Shown piece by piece: positions 1 through 11,112 of a stretch of 64,000 nt of DNA. The position numbers and the translations under genes were made by a program. The number at the start of each line of letters is the position of its first letter. The first letter of the stretch is position 1. The DNA comes from Octopus bimaculoides (lineage: Eukaryota), in NCBI RefSeq assembly GCF_001194135.2, contig NC_068984.1, positions 39,105,039 to 39,169,038 of the forward strand, written 5' to 3'. Under the pieces are notes generated by a model. It was not told the origin of the DNA. It ran no database searches and saw only the letters and a program-made list of their open reading frames with translations.

Positions 1-240
1 CAGGTTATAGGTCTATAGTTTTGTGGTTTCTCCGTTTCCGTGGATTTGGGGATTAAGATGGTTTTCCCTTTTGTGAGCCATTCAGGCATTGTCTCTGGCT
101 CTGCTAGTATGTTGTTAAAAGTTTTCTGCCAGCTTTTTATGCATTCCTGGCAGGTGTTTTAACCAGAAATTGGGGATCTTGTCGTGTCCAGGTGCCTTCC
201 ATTTGCTTAGTCTTTGCAGTGTCTGGGTTACCTCTTCAGT
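1..240 (-). mobile_element. R4/Dong-like non-LTR retrotransposon, RT N-terminal fragment running off the window edge
   Basis: Minus strand translates to KAPGHDKIPNFWLK...PEWLTKGKTILIPK...PQNYRPIT with a frameshift. Confidence 0.75.
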
Positions 241-259
241 TGTTATTATTATTATTATT

Positions 260-310
<51 letters not shown>

Positions 311-311
<1 letters not shown>

Positions 312-1407
312 TACTTCTCAGAACTCTCGGACTTATTTGTTATGGCAAATTCTTTGAGAGTGGACAGTAGCCTGCTGTCAGAGGTCTCATATGGTCTCTT
401 TTTGCACATTATAAGCTTTGATACTTGGTTGTTAATTATCGTGGGAGACATTCAACATCCAAGTACCAATTTCGAAACCCTAGCTGAGCAGTTTTTTGGG
501 CTTTCTCAGCTCTCATGTCAATTTCGATTTTTCTGATATATTTCTCGAACTTGGTTGTTAGTGCTCCGAGTGCCCCTACAGCTACTGGAATTACAGACGC
601 TCTCCTTATAATCCAACTCCATCTTTTAGCAGTCTGTATTTTTCAGTCTTTTCCAGTTAAAGGAAAAAAGGAAACCAAGATTATAAATATTGCAATACCT
701 TGGGATGCACGCATAAGTGATAACGTATCATTTATGCGTGCATCCCCAGGTATTGCAATATTTATAATCTTGGTTTCCTTTTTTCCTTTATCTACCACAA
801 CAATATCTGGTCTCCGAGTCACGATTAGGGAGTCACATTGGATTGTAAAATCCCACAGTATCTTATATTCCTTGTTCTCGGTGACTCCTGGTTCATGCTC
901 GTACCATTTCCTTATTCTGTTTAGGCCGTACTTTTCACATAACTTCCAATGGACGAACTTAGCCACGTTATCGTGTCTCCATTTGTAGTGCTTTTGGGCC
1001 AGCTTGCTACACTCACTCACAATATCTGAGATCGTTTCATTTCTACTGCCTACAAAGGGGCGATTAGCCTCTCTTATCTATTTGAAACTTGAATTAGTTC
1101 TCAGAGCTTGTTCTGGAGCGCTACATATCAATGCCTCAGTGCATCCTTTCAGATCACTTTTTCTTAGACATCTCAAAGTGTTGATCTTGACGTTTCCTTC
1201 GATTTCTCTGAGGCATTACTGATGCAGTGATTTCATTTTCCGATTGTTTACTCTTTCTTCTTCATCTTGTTGCTTAAATGTTTGTGGGTGCATCACATTT
1301 TCAGTAGGTATTGTATTGTTAATTCTAACAGCGACAAGCAAGGATTCACTCTGCTGTTTCATGTACCATCCCAGACTGTTCTCGTTGACAACACAGATCC
1401 TGCATCC
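311..1407 (-). mobile_element. R4/Dong-like non-LTR retrotransposon 3' part (zinc knuckle plus restriction-like endonuclease), 5'-truncated and degenerate
   Basis: ECSKLAQKHYKWRHDNVAKFVHWKLC...KILWDFTIQCD...RRPDIVVVDK...IAIP, then PVAVGALG and QKTAQLG. Ends in an (AAC)n(AAT)n tail. Confidence 0.85.
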
Positions 1408-1437
1408 ATTATTATTATCATCATCATCATCATCATC

Positions 1438-1500
<63 letters not shown>

Positions 1501-1502
1501 TT

Positions 1503-1708
1503 AAGGCGGCGAGCTGGCAGAATCGTTAGTACGCCGGGCAAAATGTCTAGCGGCATTTCGTCTGTCTTTACGGTTTAAGTATTCCGCCAAGGTTGACTTT
1601 GTTTTTTCATCCTTTTTGAGGTCGATAAAAAAGTACCAGTTGAACACTGGGGTCGATGTAATCAACTTACCCCCTTCCTCGAAACTGCTGACTTTATGCC
1701 GAAATTAT
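1503..1708 (+). mobile_element. tRNA-derived SINE, family A (central domain resembling Nin/Deu type)
   Basis: GGCGGCGAGCTGGCAGAATCGTTAG head and GGTTGACTTTG...CATCCTTT..GAGGTCGATAAAA body. Related copies at 32186-32372(-), 39245-39430(+), 42715-42870(-), 54830-54930(-). Confidence 0.75.
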
Positions 1709-2228
1709 GACTTGCTTCCACTGCACTACTGAGCGCAGCTCTGTGTGCCTTGGGTATGTGCTATGGTTTGTTGTGGTGCTCTTATTTTCCCTGTATATTA
1801 TTTTTCCGATCTCCTTTATATTCCTCTTGATCCTTGTGATATCATTCCCAAGGACTCAACAATTATTGGCAGTATCTTCATCTTTTTTATTTTCCATAGG
1901 CGGGCTATTTTGCATTGAAGAGGATTGTATGTATATCTATCTATTTTTTGCCTTCCTTCTTAACTATTCGTGGGTGAAAGGGACATGCAACATCAACTAT
2001 ATAGCACATGTGGTGCACCGTATCCACCACCACTACGTCCGGTTTGTCATGCTCTAACATCTGATCTGTTTCGAATGGGAGATCCCAGAGGATTTTGCAT
2101 GTCTCCGATTCCGCCACTCTCTGAGGTTTGTGCTCATACCACGTCTTGCCTCTCTCTACCTTTCGCAGTTTCCAGTGTAGCATTTTCGCTACCTCATCGT
2201 ATCGTCACAACTTGTATTGGTTTTGGGG

Positions 2229-2230
<2 letters not shown>
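1709..2230 (-). mobile_element. Second R4/Dong-like subfamily, endonuclease-domain fragment
   Basis: MLHWKLRK...WYEHKPQRVAESETCKILWD...KPDVVVVD...IVDVACPF (PD...D REL motif). The 5' junction lies at a (TAA)n run. Confidence 0.8.
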
Positions 2231-2288
<58 letters not shown>

Positions 2289-2361
2289 CATCATCATTAT
2301 TATTATTATTATTATTATTATTGTTGTTGTTGTNNNNNNNNNNTGTTGTTGTTGTTATTAC

Positions 2362-2400
<39 letters not shown>

Positions 2401-2442
2401 CATCATTATTATTATTGTTGTTGTTGTTGTTGTTGTTATTAC

Positions 2443-2491
<49 letters not shown>

Positions 2492-2640
2492 GTTATTCCC
2501 ATCATTATAATAATTATCACTATTATTGGTATTATTAGTACTATTTTTATTATTATTACTATTTTTTCTTCATTTTGCTTGCGTTACTAGTATAATCTTA
2601 TAATCTTATTATCATTAGTTTAGTTAACAATATAATTATT
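2229..2640. repeat. Compound (TTA)n/(TTG)n/(TCA)n microsatellite; similar runs at 240-310 and 1408-1501
   Basis: Direct reading of the sequence. Confidence 0.95.
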
Positions 2641-2799
2641 ATGAGTATTATCGTCGCTATTATCGTTATTACAATTATTACTATTGATATCAATGAGTGA
2701 AGGAACGTTTTCAAATTTTCGTTAGCATTCAAATATTGTAGCTTGCATATCGAAATGAGTAGTCAATTTTCAAATTAATTTTACGTGTATCTCTATATA

Positions 2800-3975
2800 T
2801 TATGATGACTATCCACTCGTGACCAAGAAGGATCATCACTGACCATTGAGAACATTGTGCACTCAGACAAAATTATACTTTACACTTGTGACCCGCTAGT
2901 AACTAACGAGCACACCTCTTGACAGACACACAAGTCCCGAAATACTGTATACAACTTACCCACTCTTTTCTTTGGTTATTTCCTCCATTGGTAGCGATGA
3001 CAAGCATTGCTTTCCCAATTGATCTTTCCTATCCACATGTATCCAACGAAGACTTTACGCAATCCTGAAAATGTAATCTTGGTTTCTGGTGGGGGCACTT
3101 TCCACAAACAAGTTCGCTGTATAACATCTCCTTAGGGTACCTCAGATCATTCATTCAAAGAAGGTTCCAGTCCAATGCTCGAAATGTCGGCTCCTATCAA
3201 GACCTCTGCGTCTGGAGTCCGCGAGGACCAGCCAACATTCAGAATGTGTCTCAAACATCTCTGATGGAAGCACTAAAGAACTCTTGCATGATGCCTGTAA
3301 AGGGTCCATGTCTCATATGAGTAAAGGAGCGATGTCAGCACACACGCACAGTACCCCGAACTTGTGATGCTGGGACCGGATACGAGATATTTCATCATTC
3401 GATGATCAAAAGCAGCTAAGTGTGCTGCTCAGGTAGACAAACTTTCAATGCTGTTCTTTCTCCTAAGGTAGATGGATTCACAAATGGATTTCCTGGAACA
3501 GGCTGAAACATTATAACATCTTGTCCAAGCTAATACTAAGTCGAAATGCCTTGCAAGATGCAAAAGTAAAATCCATGAGAATTTGCATATCTTCAACTTT
3601 ATGAGCAACTAAATGGTAATCATCCACATAGAGGAGATAACGAATAGGAGACTGAGAAACTTTCGAATTGGCAGTAAATCGATGCAAGTCGAAGAGACGA
3701 CCAGAAGTTCGATGCCTCACACATATCCCCGACGAGCAATCCACAGTAGGTGAATGAGTGAGAGTATCAGAAAAATACAATGGAAAGAGAGTTAGGATAA
3801 GAATGTCACCTTGCTTGACATCATTCTCTATAGGGATGGATCCCGCTATGCTATCATTGACATGGACCCATGCCTCAATCCCATTAGGAAACGATTTAAT
3901 TACACAGTGTAACACGAATTTTTGTCTTTGGGTAGTAACTGTTATTTCCTATTTTCTTATCCCTAGAAAGTAAAA
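2800..3975 (-). mobile_element. Degenerate RTE-clade LINE, RT and C-terminal fragment
   Basis: VKQGDIL..TLF, RTSGRLFDLHRF, LLYVDD (YADD-like) and downstream ETWTLYR/FHQRCLRHIL motifs with stops. Confidence 0.8.
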
Positions 3976-4929
3976 AGAAGAGCTAATATTTCCTTCGAAC
4001 TTTGCTTTTATCACATTTATTCAAACCTTCTTTCATATATATATNNNNNNNNNNNNNNNNNNNNNNNNNNNNNNNNNNNNNNNNNNNNNNNNNNNNNNNN
4101 NNNNNNNNNNNNNNNNNNNNNNNNNNNNNNNNNNNNNNNNNNNNNNNNNNNNNNNNNNNNNNNNNNNNNNNNNNNNNNNNNNNNNNNNNNNNNNNNNNNN
4201 NNNNNNNNNNNNNNNNNNNNNNNNNNNNNNNNNNNNNNNNNNNNNNNNNNNNNNNNNNNNNNNNNNNNNNNNNNNNNNNNNNNNNNNNNNNNNNNNNNNN
4301 NNNNNNNNNNNNNNNNNNNNNNNNNNNNNNNNNNNNNNNNNNNNNNNNNNNNNNNNNNNNNNNNNNNNNNNNNNNNNNNNNNNNNNNNNNNNNNNNNNNN
4401 NNNNNNNNNNNNNNNNNNNNNNNNNNNNNNNNNNNNNNNNNNNNNNNNNNNNNNNNNNNNNNNNNNNNNNNNNNNNNNNNNNNNNNNNNNNNNNNNNNNN
4501 NNNNNNNNNNNNNNNNNNNNNNNNNNNNNNNNNNNNNNNNNNNNNNNNNNNNNNNNNNNNNNNNNNNNNNNNNNNNNNNNNNNNNNNNNNNNNNNNNNNN
4601 NNNNNNNNNNNNNNNNNNNNNNNNNNNNNNNNNNNNNNNNNNNNNNNNNNNNNNNNNNNNNNGAAGCAGATTTTGTTGTTAATTATGGATTTATTAATTC
4701 ATTATTCAATACTTCCAGACAGTTGTTTCTGTCAAAAAGAGGACAATAACATACAAATAATGAAAAAATTAAATAAAAATATGTATATTATTATTATTAT
4801 CCCGCAATTTCTTTTTAAACATCAGTACTGAATTGCAAGTTGAAAGTGTAACGAACTACTCCTTTTGCATTATGATAGCTAAGAAAAACTCGTGGTATTA
4901 ATTTTAAACGTTCTTTAAGTTTAATTATA

Positions 4930-5647
4930 TTCCATTGATGATGTTGTAAAGCATTTAGAATGGAGTAAAAACCTACAGAATTGGTCTCTAGAGCAGTGGA
5001 AGAATGTTATTTTCTCGGACAAGTCATCCTTTACCTTATATCCGACTACCGGCCGAGTATACGTGTGGAGACAGCTAAAAGAAGCATTTGACCCAGACTG
5101 CCTTCTTCCAACTGTTAAACATGGAGGAGGATCTGTGATGATCTGTGATGATCTGGGGGGATATATCCTGGAAATCCGCCGGCCCAATGGTTTCCCTTCA
5201 TGGCAGAATTAATAATCAAGACTATTTAAGCATTTTATCTGATCAAATTCATCCTGTGGTTTCCGGAGGGAAACGCAGTCTTTCAGGATGATAATGCACC
5301 AATTCACACAGCTGAAGTTGTTACTGAATGGCACGAGGAACATTCTAGTGAAGTTGAACATCTTATTTGTCTACCACAGTCCCCAAGTCTCAATATTATT
5401 GAACATTTATGGTGCATTTTAGAAAAACAAGTAATGAGTCGATATCCTCCACCATCATCACTACAAGAACTGGAGACTGTTTTAGCTGAAGAATGGACAA
5501 AAATTCTTTCGGAAACAATTTAAACTTTGTACGAGTCCATACCTCGTAGAATTCAAGCTGCAATTACTGCCAAAGGCGATCCTATCCTATATTAAAATAA
5601 ATTTGTTTGAAATTTTAAGGTGCTTCCATTATTTTGTCCAACCCCTG
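4930..5647 (+). mobile_element. Tc1-like DNA transposon, 3' half with right TIR
   Basis: WKNVIFSD.SSF, GRVYVWR, PTVKHGGGSVMI, FQDDNAPIH, SPSLNIIEHLW. TIR GGTGCTTCCATTATTTTGTCCAACCCCTG followed by TA. Confidence 0.88.
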
Positions 5648-5649
5648 TA

Positions 5650-5701
<52 letters not shown>

Positions 5702-5710
5702 CATCCATCC

Positions 5711-5748
<38 letters not shown>

Positions 5749-5867
5749 ACATACATACATACATACATACATACATACATACATACATACNNNNNNNNNN
5801 NNNNNNNNNNNNNNNNNNNNNNNNNNNNNNNNNNNNNNNNNNNNNNNNNNNNNNNNNNNNNNNNNNN

Positions 5868-5932
<65 letters not shown>
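5648..5932. repeat. (TATC)n(TACA)n(CA)n microsatellite with a gap at 5791-5867
   Basis: Direct reading of the sequence. Confidence 0.95.
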
Positions 5933-5936
<4 letters not shown>

Positions 5937-7187
5937 GCTAGACAGAATAATGGAAATACCTTGTTAGATGGAAGTTTTATTATTTAATATAGGATTTGTT
6001 CAGCTTTGGTTAACTACAGCTTTATTGACTTGTACTGGTTCTGAGCAATTGGCAGGGGAATTTGGTGCCATACTTCAAATAGAATATGCTTTACCCTTTT
6101 CTTGCGGCGATTTATTTGCTGCTCCAAAATGCACCATGGATGTTTGATTATACTGATGTCTGACTATTATAAGGGGTGGAAGTAGGGTAATCCAAGAGGT
6201 CTACTTCACTTTTGTGCTTTTCGTACCAATTTTGAATAATATTCCTCATGTGAATCGGCCCGTTATCGTCATGGAAGATTGTGCTCCTATCAGCGAACAA
6301 TGTTTGTAGCAAAAGATGGATAGGACTAGCCGAAATATTCAAATAATTCTTAATGCTAACTCTGTCAAGGTTAAGAGAATTCCATAATATGGCAGTCCAA
6401 ATCATTACACAACGACCTCTATGCTTCATGATAGGGGCCAAAATGTCAAGTTTGAGTGTTTCTTTGGGCTGTCTTCCGACATAAACTCGCCCTGAATTGG
6501 GAAAAAAGTTGAATAATGAATCACCAGAGAAGATAACATTGTTCCACTGAGCCACCAATCTTTTATGACAGTTTGGACACCATTTTTCCGTTCATCAGTG
6601 TCGAGGTGAGACAGGAGAGGTTTAGCAGTTGTAACTCTACCACTGTATCTAGCTTTACAGAGCTCACAACGAATATTTTTGGTTGACTCGTGGTTGGCAA
6701 GGGAGTAATTTAGTACTGCTGTCAGCTTTGCTGTCGTAGTTCGATGGTTTTTAGACGACAATAAGTTTTACTATTCTGCGGTCCCGCTTTGCGAGCTTTA
6801 CTTTCCGTCTAGAATTACACTTACCAGAGCTGGTTTTACCTTGTTTTTAGAATGCCAACATGATTTTAGTGGTTGTACATCTCGAAACATTAAGCAATTC
6901 ATATGTTTTCATGACTGAAGTTCCATCCAACCACACTTCAACAATTTGTCGTCTTTGGAAATCAAATAGTTCACGCATTTTAACTTATTTCAATATAAAT
7001 AACGGCCAAAAAGAGAGAGAAAAAAAACCCCTCAGAGAGCTATATCTTGAAATACAAGACATAAGGCATATAATCACATATATATATATAGAGAGAGACA
7101 CTAGAGTAGTTCTGAATTTGTCATATCGCTAATAGAAAAAAAACAGTTAAATGTAAAGTGGTGCTTCCATTATTTGACCAATCTCTG
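5933..7187 (-). mobile_element. Near full-length degenerate Tc1-like transposon (~1.25 kb)
   Basis: Transposase remnants (ORFs 6426-6761 and 6148-6558: WNNVIFS, GRVYV, FHDDNGPIH). Degenerate TIRs at 5933-5960 and 7160-7187, the latter followed by TA. Confidence 0.82.
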
Positions 7188-7237
7188 TATATGTATGTAT
7201 TTATGTATCCTATACCCATATGCCCATATACATACAT

Positions 7238-8406
7238 GACGACTGCTCCATCTTGACAGACGATAGCCATCCCATCAACAATCCACACATATCATCACGC
7301 AGTACAATCACTCCGTTGGTGAGCCCTCAAGTGACTTTGAAGTCCGGCTGCTGAGCGACAAGGTCTACAGCACAGATGACAAATGTTCAGGCCTCTCGAT
7401 CCTTGCCCGCTGGTATCTGATTCTAAGGAAACGCTTCTGTGAACCAGCATATGTCTCTTAAGTCCGGGTATTGTTTTACAAACCTTGTGACATATGCCAC
7501 AGGTCGCAGAAGGCGGTTGGTATTTAGGGTGTCTGGAATTTCTACCCTCATGTGTTTTCATGTGATTTCAAGGGAACATACGTTGAGGATTGCGGTCCAA
7601 AAGCTTGTCGCAATAAGCCGTACAAGNNNNNNNNNNNNNNNNNNNNNNNNNNNNNNNNNNNNNNNNNNNNNNNNNNNNNNNNNNNNNNNNNNNNNNNNNN
7701 NNNNNNNNNNNNNNNNNNNNNNNNNNNNNNNNNNNNNNNNNNNNNNNNNNNNNNNNNNNNNNNNNNNNNNNNNNNNNNNNNNNNNNNNNNNNNNNNNNNN
7801 NNNNNNNNNNNNNNNNNNNNNNNNNNNNNNNNNNNNNNNNNNNNNNNNNNNNNNNNNNNNNNNNNNNNNNNNNNNNNNNNNNNNNNNNNNNNNNNNNNNN
7901 NNNNNNNNNNNNNNNNNNNNNNNNNNNNNNNNNNNNNNNNNNNNNNNNNNNNNNNNNNNNNNNNNNNNNNNNNNNNNNNNNNNNNNNNNNNNNNNNNNNN
8001 NNNNNNNNNNNNNNNNNNNNNNNNNNNNNNNNNNNNNNNNNNNNNNNNNNNNNNCCTGTGGCTGTTTAAGTTGTCCTACATCAATTTTTTGGGGGACTCG
8101 CACACCTGCACTGCGCTTTCTTGTACGAACCCTGAATTTGAACTTAGCCCTAACCATTTTGTGATCAGTATCACAATCAGCTCCTCGCAATACTCTGAGA
8201 CCACACAGATCCTGTAGGTCAGATTTCCGAGTTAATACAAGGTCAATCATGTGACCTTGCTTTGATCTTGGATGAATCCAGGTGACTTTATGTTTCAGCT
8301 TATGGTGAAAAAATGTGTTCCCAACAGCCAACCCTAGTTCAGAGCACATTTGTAGCAGGTGTAAACCATTTTTGTTCACCTTACCTATTCCAAACCGCCC
8401 AAGTAC
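7238..8406 (-). mobile_element. RTE (BovB-like) LINE: endonuclease part (8055-8406), gap, then C-terminal C2H2 fingers and (ATGT) end, flanked by 47-bp direct repeats
   Basis: NKNGLHLLQMCSELGLAVGNTFF..TWIHPRSKQGHMIDLVL..DTDHKMV; CGICHKVCKTIPGLKRHMLVH and CHLCCRPCRSAAGLQSHLRAH. Confidence 0.85.
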
Positions 8407-8443
8407 ATGTATGTATTTATGTATCCTATACCCATATGCCCAT

Positions 8444-8474
<31 letters not shown>

Positions 8475-8539
8475 CATACATACATACATATATGTATATG
8501 TGTCTATGTGTGTGTGTGTGCATTTATGTATGTATAACT

Positions 8540-9010
8540 TCCTGACTTTTCCCTTGTATTATCATTCTATATTTTCTCACAACTTGCAGTGTTTTCTTCA
8601 GTGTTTTTTTTTTATCTCCCTCTCACTTCCCCACGTCTTCTCATTCACAATACGATTACACCTATACAGCATTCTCCCATGCTGCTACTACTTTCACACG
8701 CCTACACACATCTCAAAAAACCACCCGCACCTTACACCACCACCAACACTACCACACCCTATGCTTATCTCTGCACGCGGATACCATCCAATATATGCAC
8801 ACACAACCCCACTTACTCCTCTCTTATTAACGCATCCCCACCTGGCCCTTAAACATTTTTTTTTCTTCCCGCTTTTTCTGTTTTCCCCATTCTTACTTTT
8901 CTGTCTTTTTTTTCTGATGAAAGACTAAAGTCTGAAATGTCAAGACACTTTCCCTTCCTTTTAAGTGCTAAAATAAGCTAATCTTTGCAAAATCTAGTCC
9001 CTTTCATTTT
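8540..9010 (+). mobile_element. Pyrimidine-rich non-coding repeat carrying a hammerhead-like motif at 8914-8947 (Penelope-like pLTR type, inferred)
   Basis: CTGATGA-A-AGAC(TAAA)GTCT-GAAATGTC-AAGACA; flank architecture similar to 14870-15009. Confidence 0.45.
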
Positions 9011-9063
9011 CCCGATTTCTTTTTGCTCATTACCTAATACACATACACACACACACGCGCACG

Positions 9064-9134
<71 letters not shown>

Positions 9135-9149
9135 TCACATATTTATGCT

Positions 9150-9310
9150 TTGACGTAACTGTATAGTAAGAAGCTTGCTTCCCAACCACATGTTTCCGGA
9201 TTCAGTCCCACTCTGTGACACTTTGGGCTAGTGCCTTCTCCTATAGCCTCGGGCCCACCAAAGCCTTGTGAGTGGATTTGGTAGACGGAAACAGAGAGAA
9301 GCCCATATTA
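9150..9310 (+). mobile_element. CORE-type tRNA SINE (family B), 5' part
   Basis: TAAGAAGCTTGCTTCCCAACCACATG...GATTCAGTCCCAC...CTATAGCCTCGGGCC..CAAAGCCTTGTGAGTGGATTTGGTAGACGGAAAC, matching 59268-59670. Confidence 0.75.
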
Positions 9311-9590
9311 AAAATGAAGAAAGCCGATTTATGGGATTACCTTAAGTTTCCCGTCTATAAAGGGTTTAGCTTTATGGCGTATCGTCAGATCCCAAAACCT
9401 GTAGGCCGAAGGCCTCCTGAGAATATGGTGGCGAAAATGCCTCACTATTCAATAGTAAGGCATTTCCTTCTCCATATTCTTAAAAAGCCTTGCCCCAACA
9501 GGTTTTGGGATCTGATGATATGCCATAAAGCTAAACCCTTTATAGACGGGAAACTTAAGGCAATTCTATAAACCAGCCTTCCCCATTTAT
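9311..9590. mobile_element. Fold-back MITE-like element, almost entirely palindromic
   Basis: Arms CCTTAAGTTTCCCGTCTATAAAGGGTTTAGCTTTATGGC..CAGATCCCAAAACCTGT and their reverse complement, plus inner inverted segments. Confidence 0.8.
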
Positions 9591-10059
9591 AATATACTGC
9601 TCTATATCTATGTGCTTCTTCTTTTGGATTTATGTTTTTTACAGACGATATATATATGTATATATGTANNNNNNNNNNNNNNNNNNNNNNNNNNNNNNNN
9701 NNNNNNNNNNNNNNNNNNNNNNNNNNNNNNNNNNNNNNNNNNNNNNNNNNNNNNNNNNNNNNNNNNNNNNNNNNNNNNNNNNNNNNNNNNNNNNNNNNNN
9801 NNNNNNNNNNNNNNNNNNNNNNNNNNNNNNNNNNNNNNNNNNNNNNNNNNNNNNNNNNNNNNNNNNNNNNNNNNNNNNNNNNNNNNNNNNNNNNNNNNNN
9901 NNNNNNNNNNNNNNNNNNNNNNNNNNNNNNNNNNNNNNNNNNNNNNNNNNNNNNNNNNNNNNNNNNNNNNNNNNNNNNNNNNNNNNNNNNNNNNNNNNNN
10001 NNNNNNNNNNNNNNNNNNNNNNNNNNNNNNNNNNNNNNNNNNNNNNNNNNNNNNNNNNN

Positions 10060-10079
<20 letters not shown>

Positions 10080-10090
<11 letters not shown>

Positions 10091-10680
10091 GCATTTGCAT
10101 ATACCTATGTACAGGCATATATTTATTATACGTTTTTATATTTATTAATTTGCAGCGTGTCTCGTCTTTCTTTGTTGGTCTTGACCTTCTAGCATGCACA
10201 TAAAAATTACTGAATCTGATATTGTAGTTACACAGCTTGAATTTCTGGGAAATACAAGCGAACTATTTTAGTTAGTTGAACTGTGATAGTTTCACAATAT
10301 ATAAATTTCGCAGAAACTCTAACGGATAGTTTAGTGAGTTGAATGGTGAGTAGAATTGTTCTAAAGTTTAACTGACGATGTATGTATGTATGTATGTATG
10401 TATGTATGTATGTATGTGTTGTATATATGTATGTATGCATGTATGTATGTATGCATGTATGTATGTATGTATGTATAATTTATGCATTTGCATACACATA
10501 TGTACAGGCATACATGCTCGTGTCCATACATATATGCATGTATTGCTAACTATTTCTTATGCTCTTAATAGTAATAATTTTCAAACGATATCCATCGGAA
10601 TTTATTCTTTCCAAAGCATATACAATTCTATATATTTATTATACGTTTTATGTCAGGTTGCTCTTATGTGCTTCTGGTAA
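10080..10680. repeat. Two related unclassified repeat ends (10081-10140 and 10474-10650) embedded in (TA)n/(ATGT)n microsatellites
   Basis: Shared TATAATTTATGCATTTGCATA...ATGTACAGGCATA and TATATTTATTATACGTTTT. Confidence 0.5.
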
Positions 10681-11112
10681 CATGTAACCCAGTACAACCT
10701 GTTGCATGGCCGGTTCGTCGGCGACTAAACCGGCAATCTCACCAAGCCTACCTTTTGAGGAAGGTGACTGTTGGACACTTTGCGAGATAAAAAAAAACAA
10801 GACTCATCAAAGGATGGAAGAACTCAGAAGAGTCAACGGATCCAATGAAGTATGAAAAGTTGTGTGGGTGTGTTTTGTTTTGTGTGTGTATGTATTCTTG
10901 TGTGTATTTTTTTAATGAATTTTTATGAATAATTTTACGTGTATTATGTGCATGGCAATTTTTTTGTATATATGTATATATTTTTTATATTTTTATTTGT
11001 ATTATGTACATATGTATTTATATATTTCTTATCTTGTTCAGTATACATGATGGTGTGTATTCATTATTACTAACTTTGTGGCTGTTAATGTGTGTGTGTG
11101 TGTGTGTGTGTG

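Noticed and set aside
170-2590. Poly-Leu/Ile/Tyr/Val ORFs resembling membrane or low-complexity proteins
   Set aside because: They are translations of (TTA)n/(TTG)n microsatellites.
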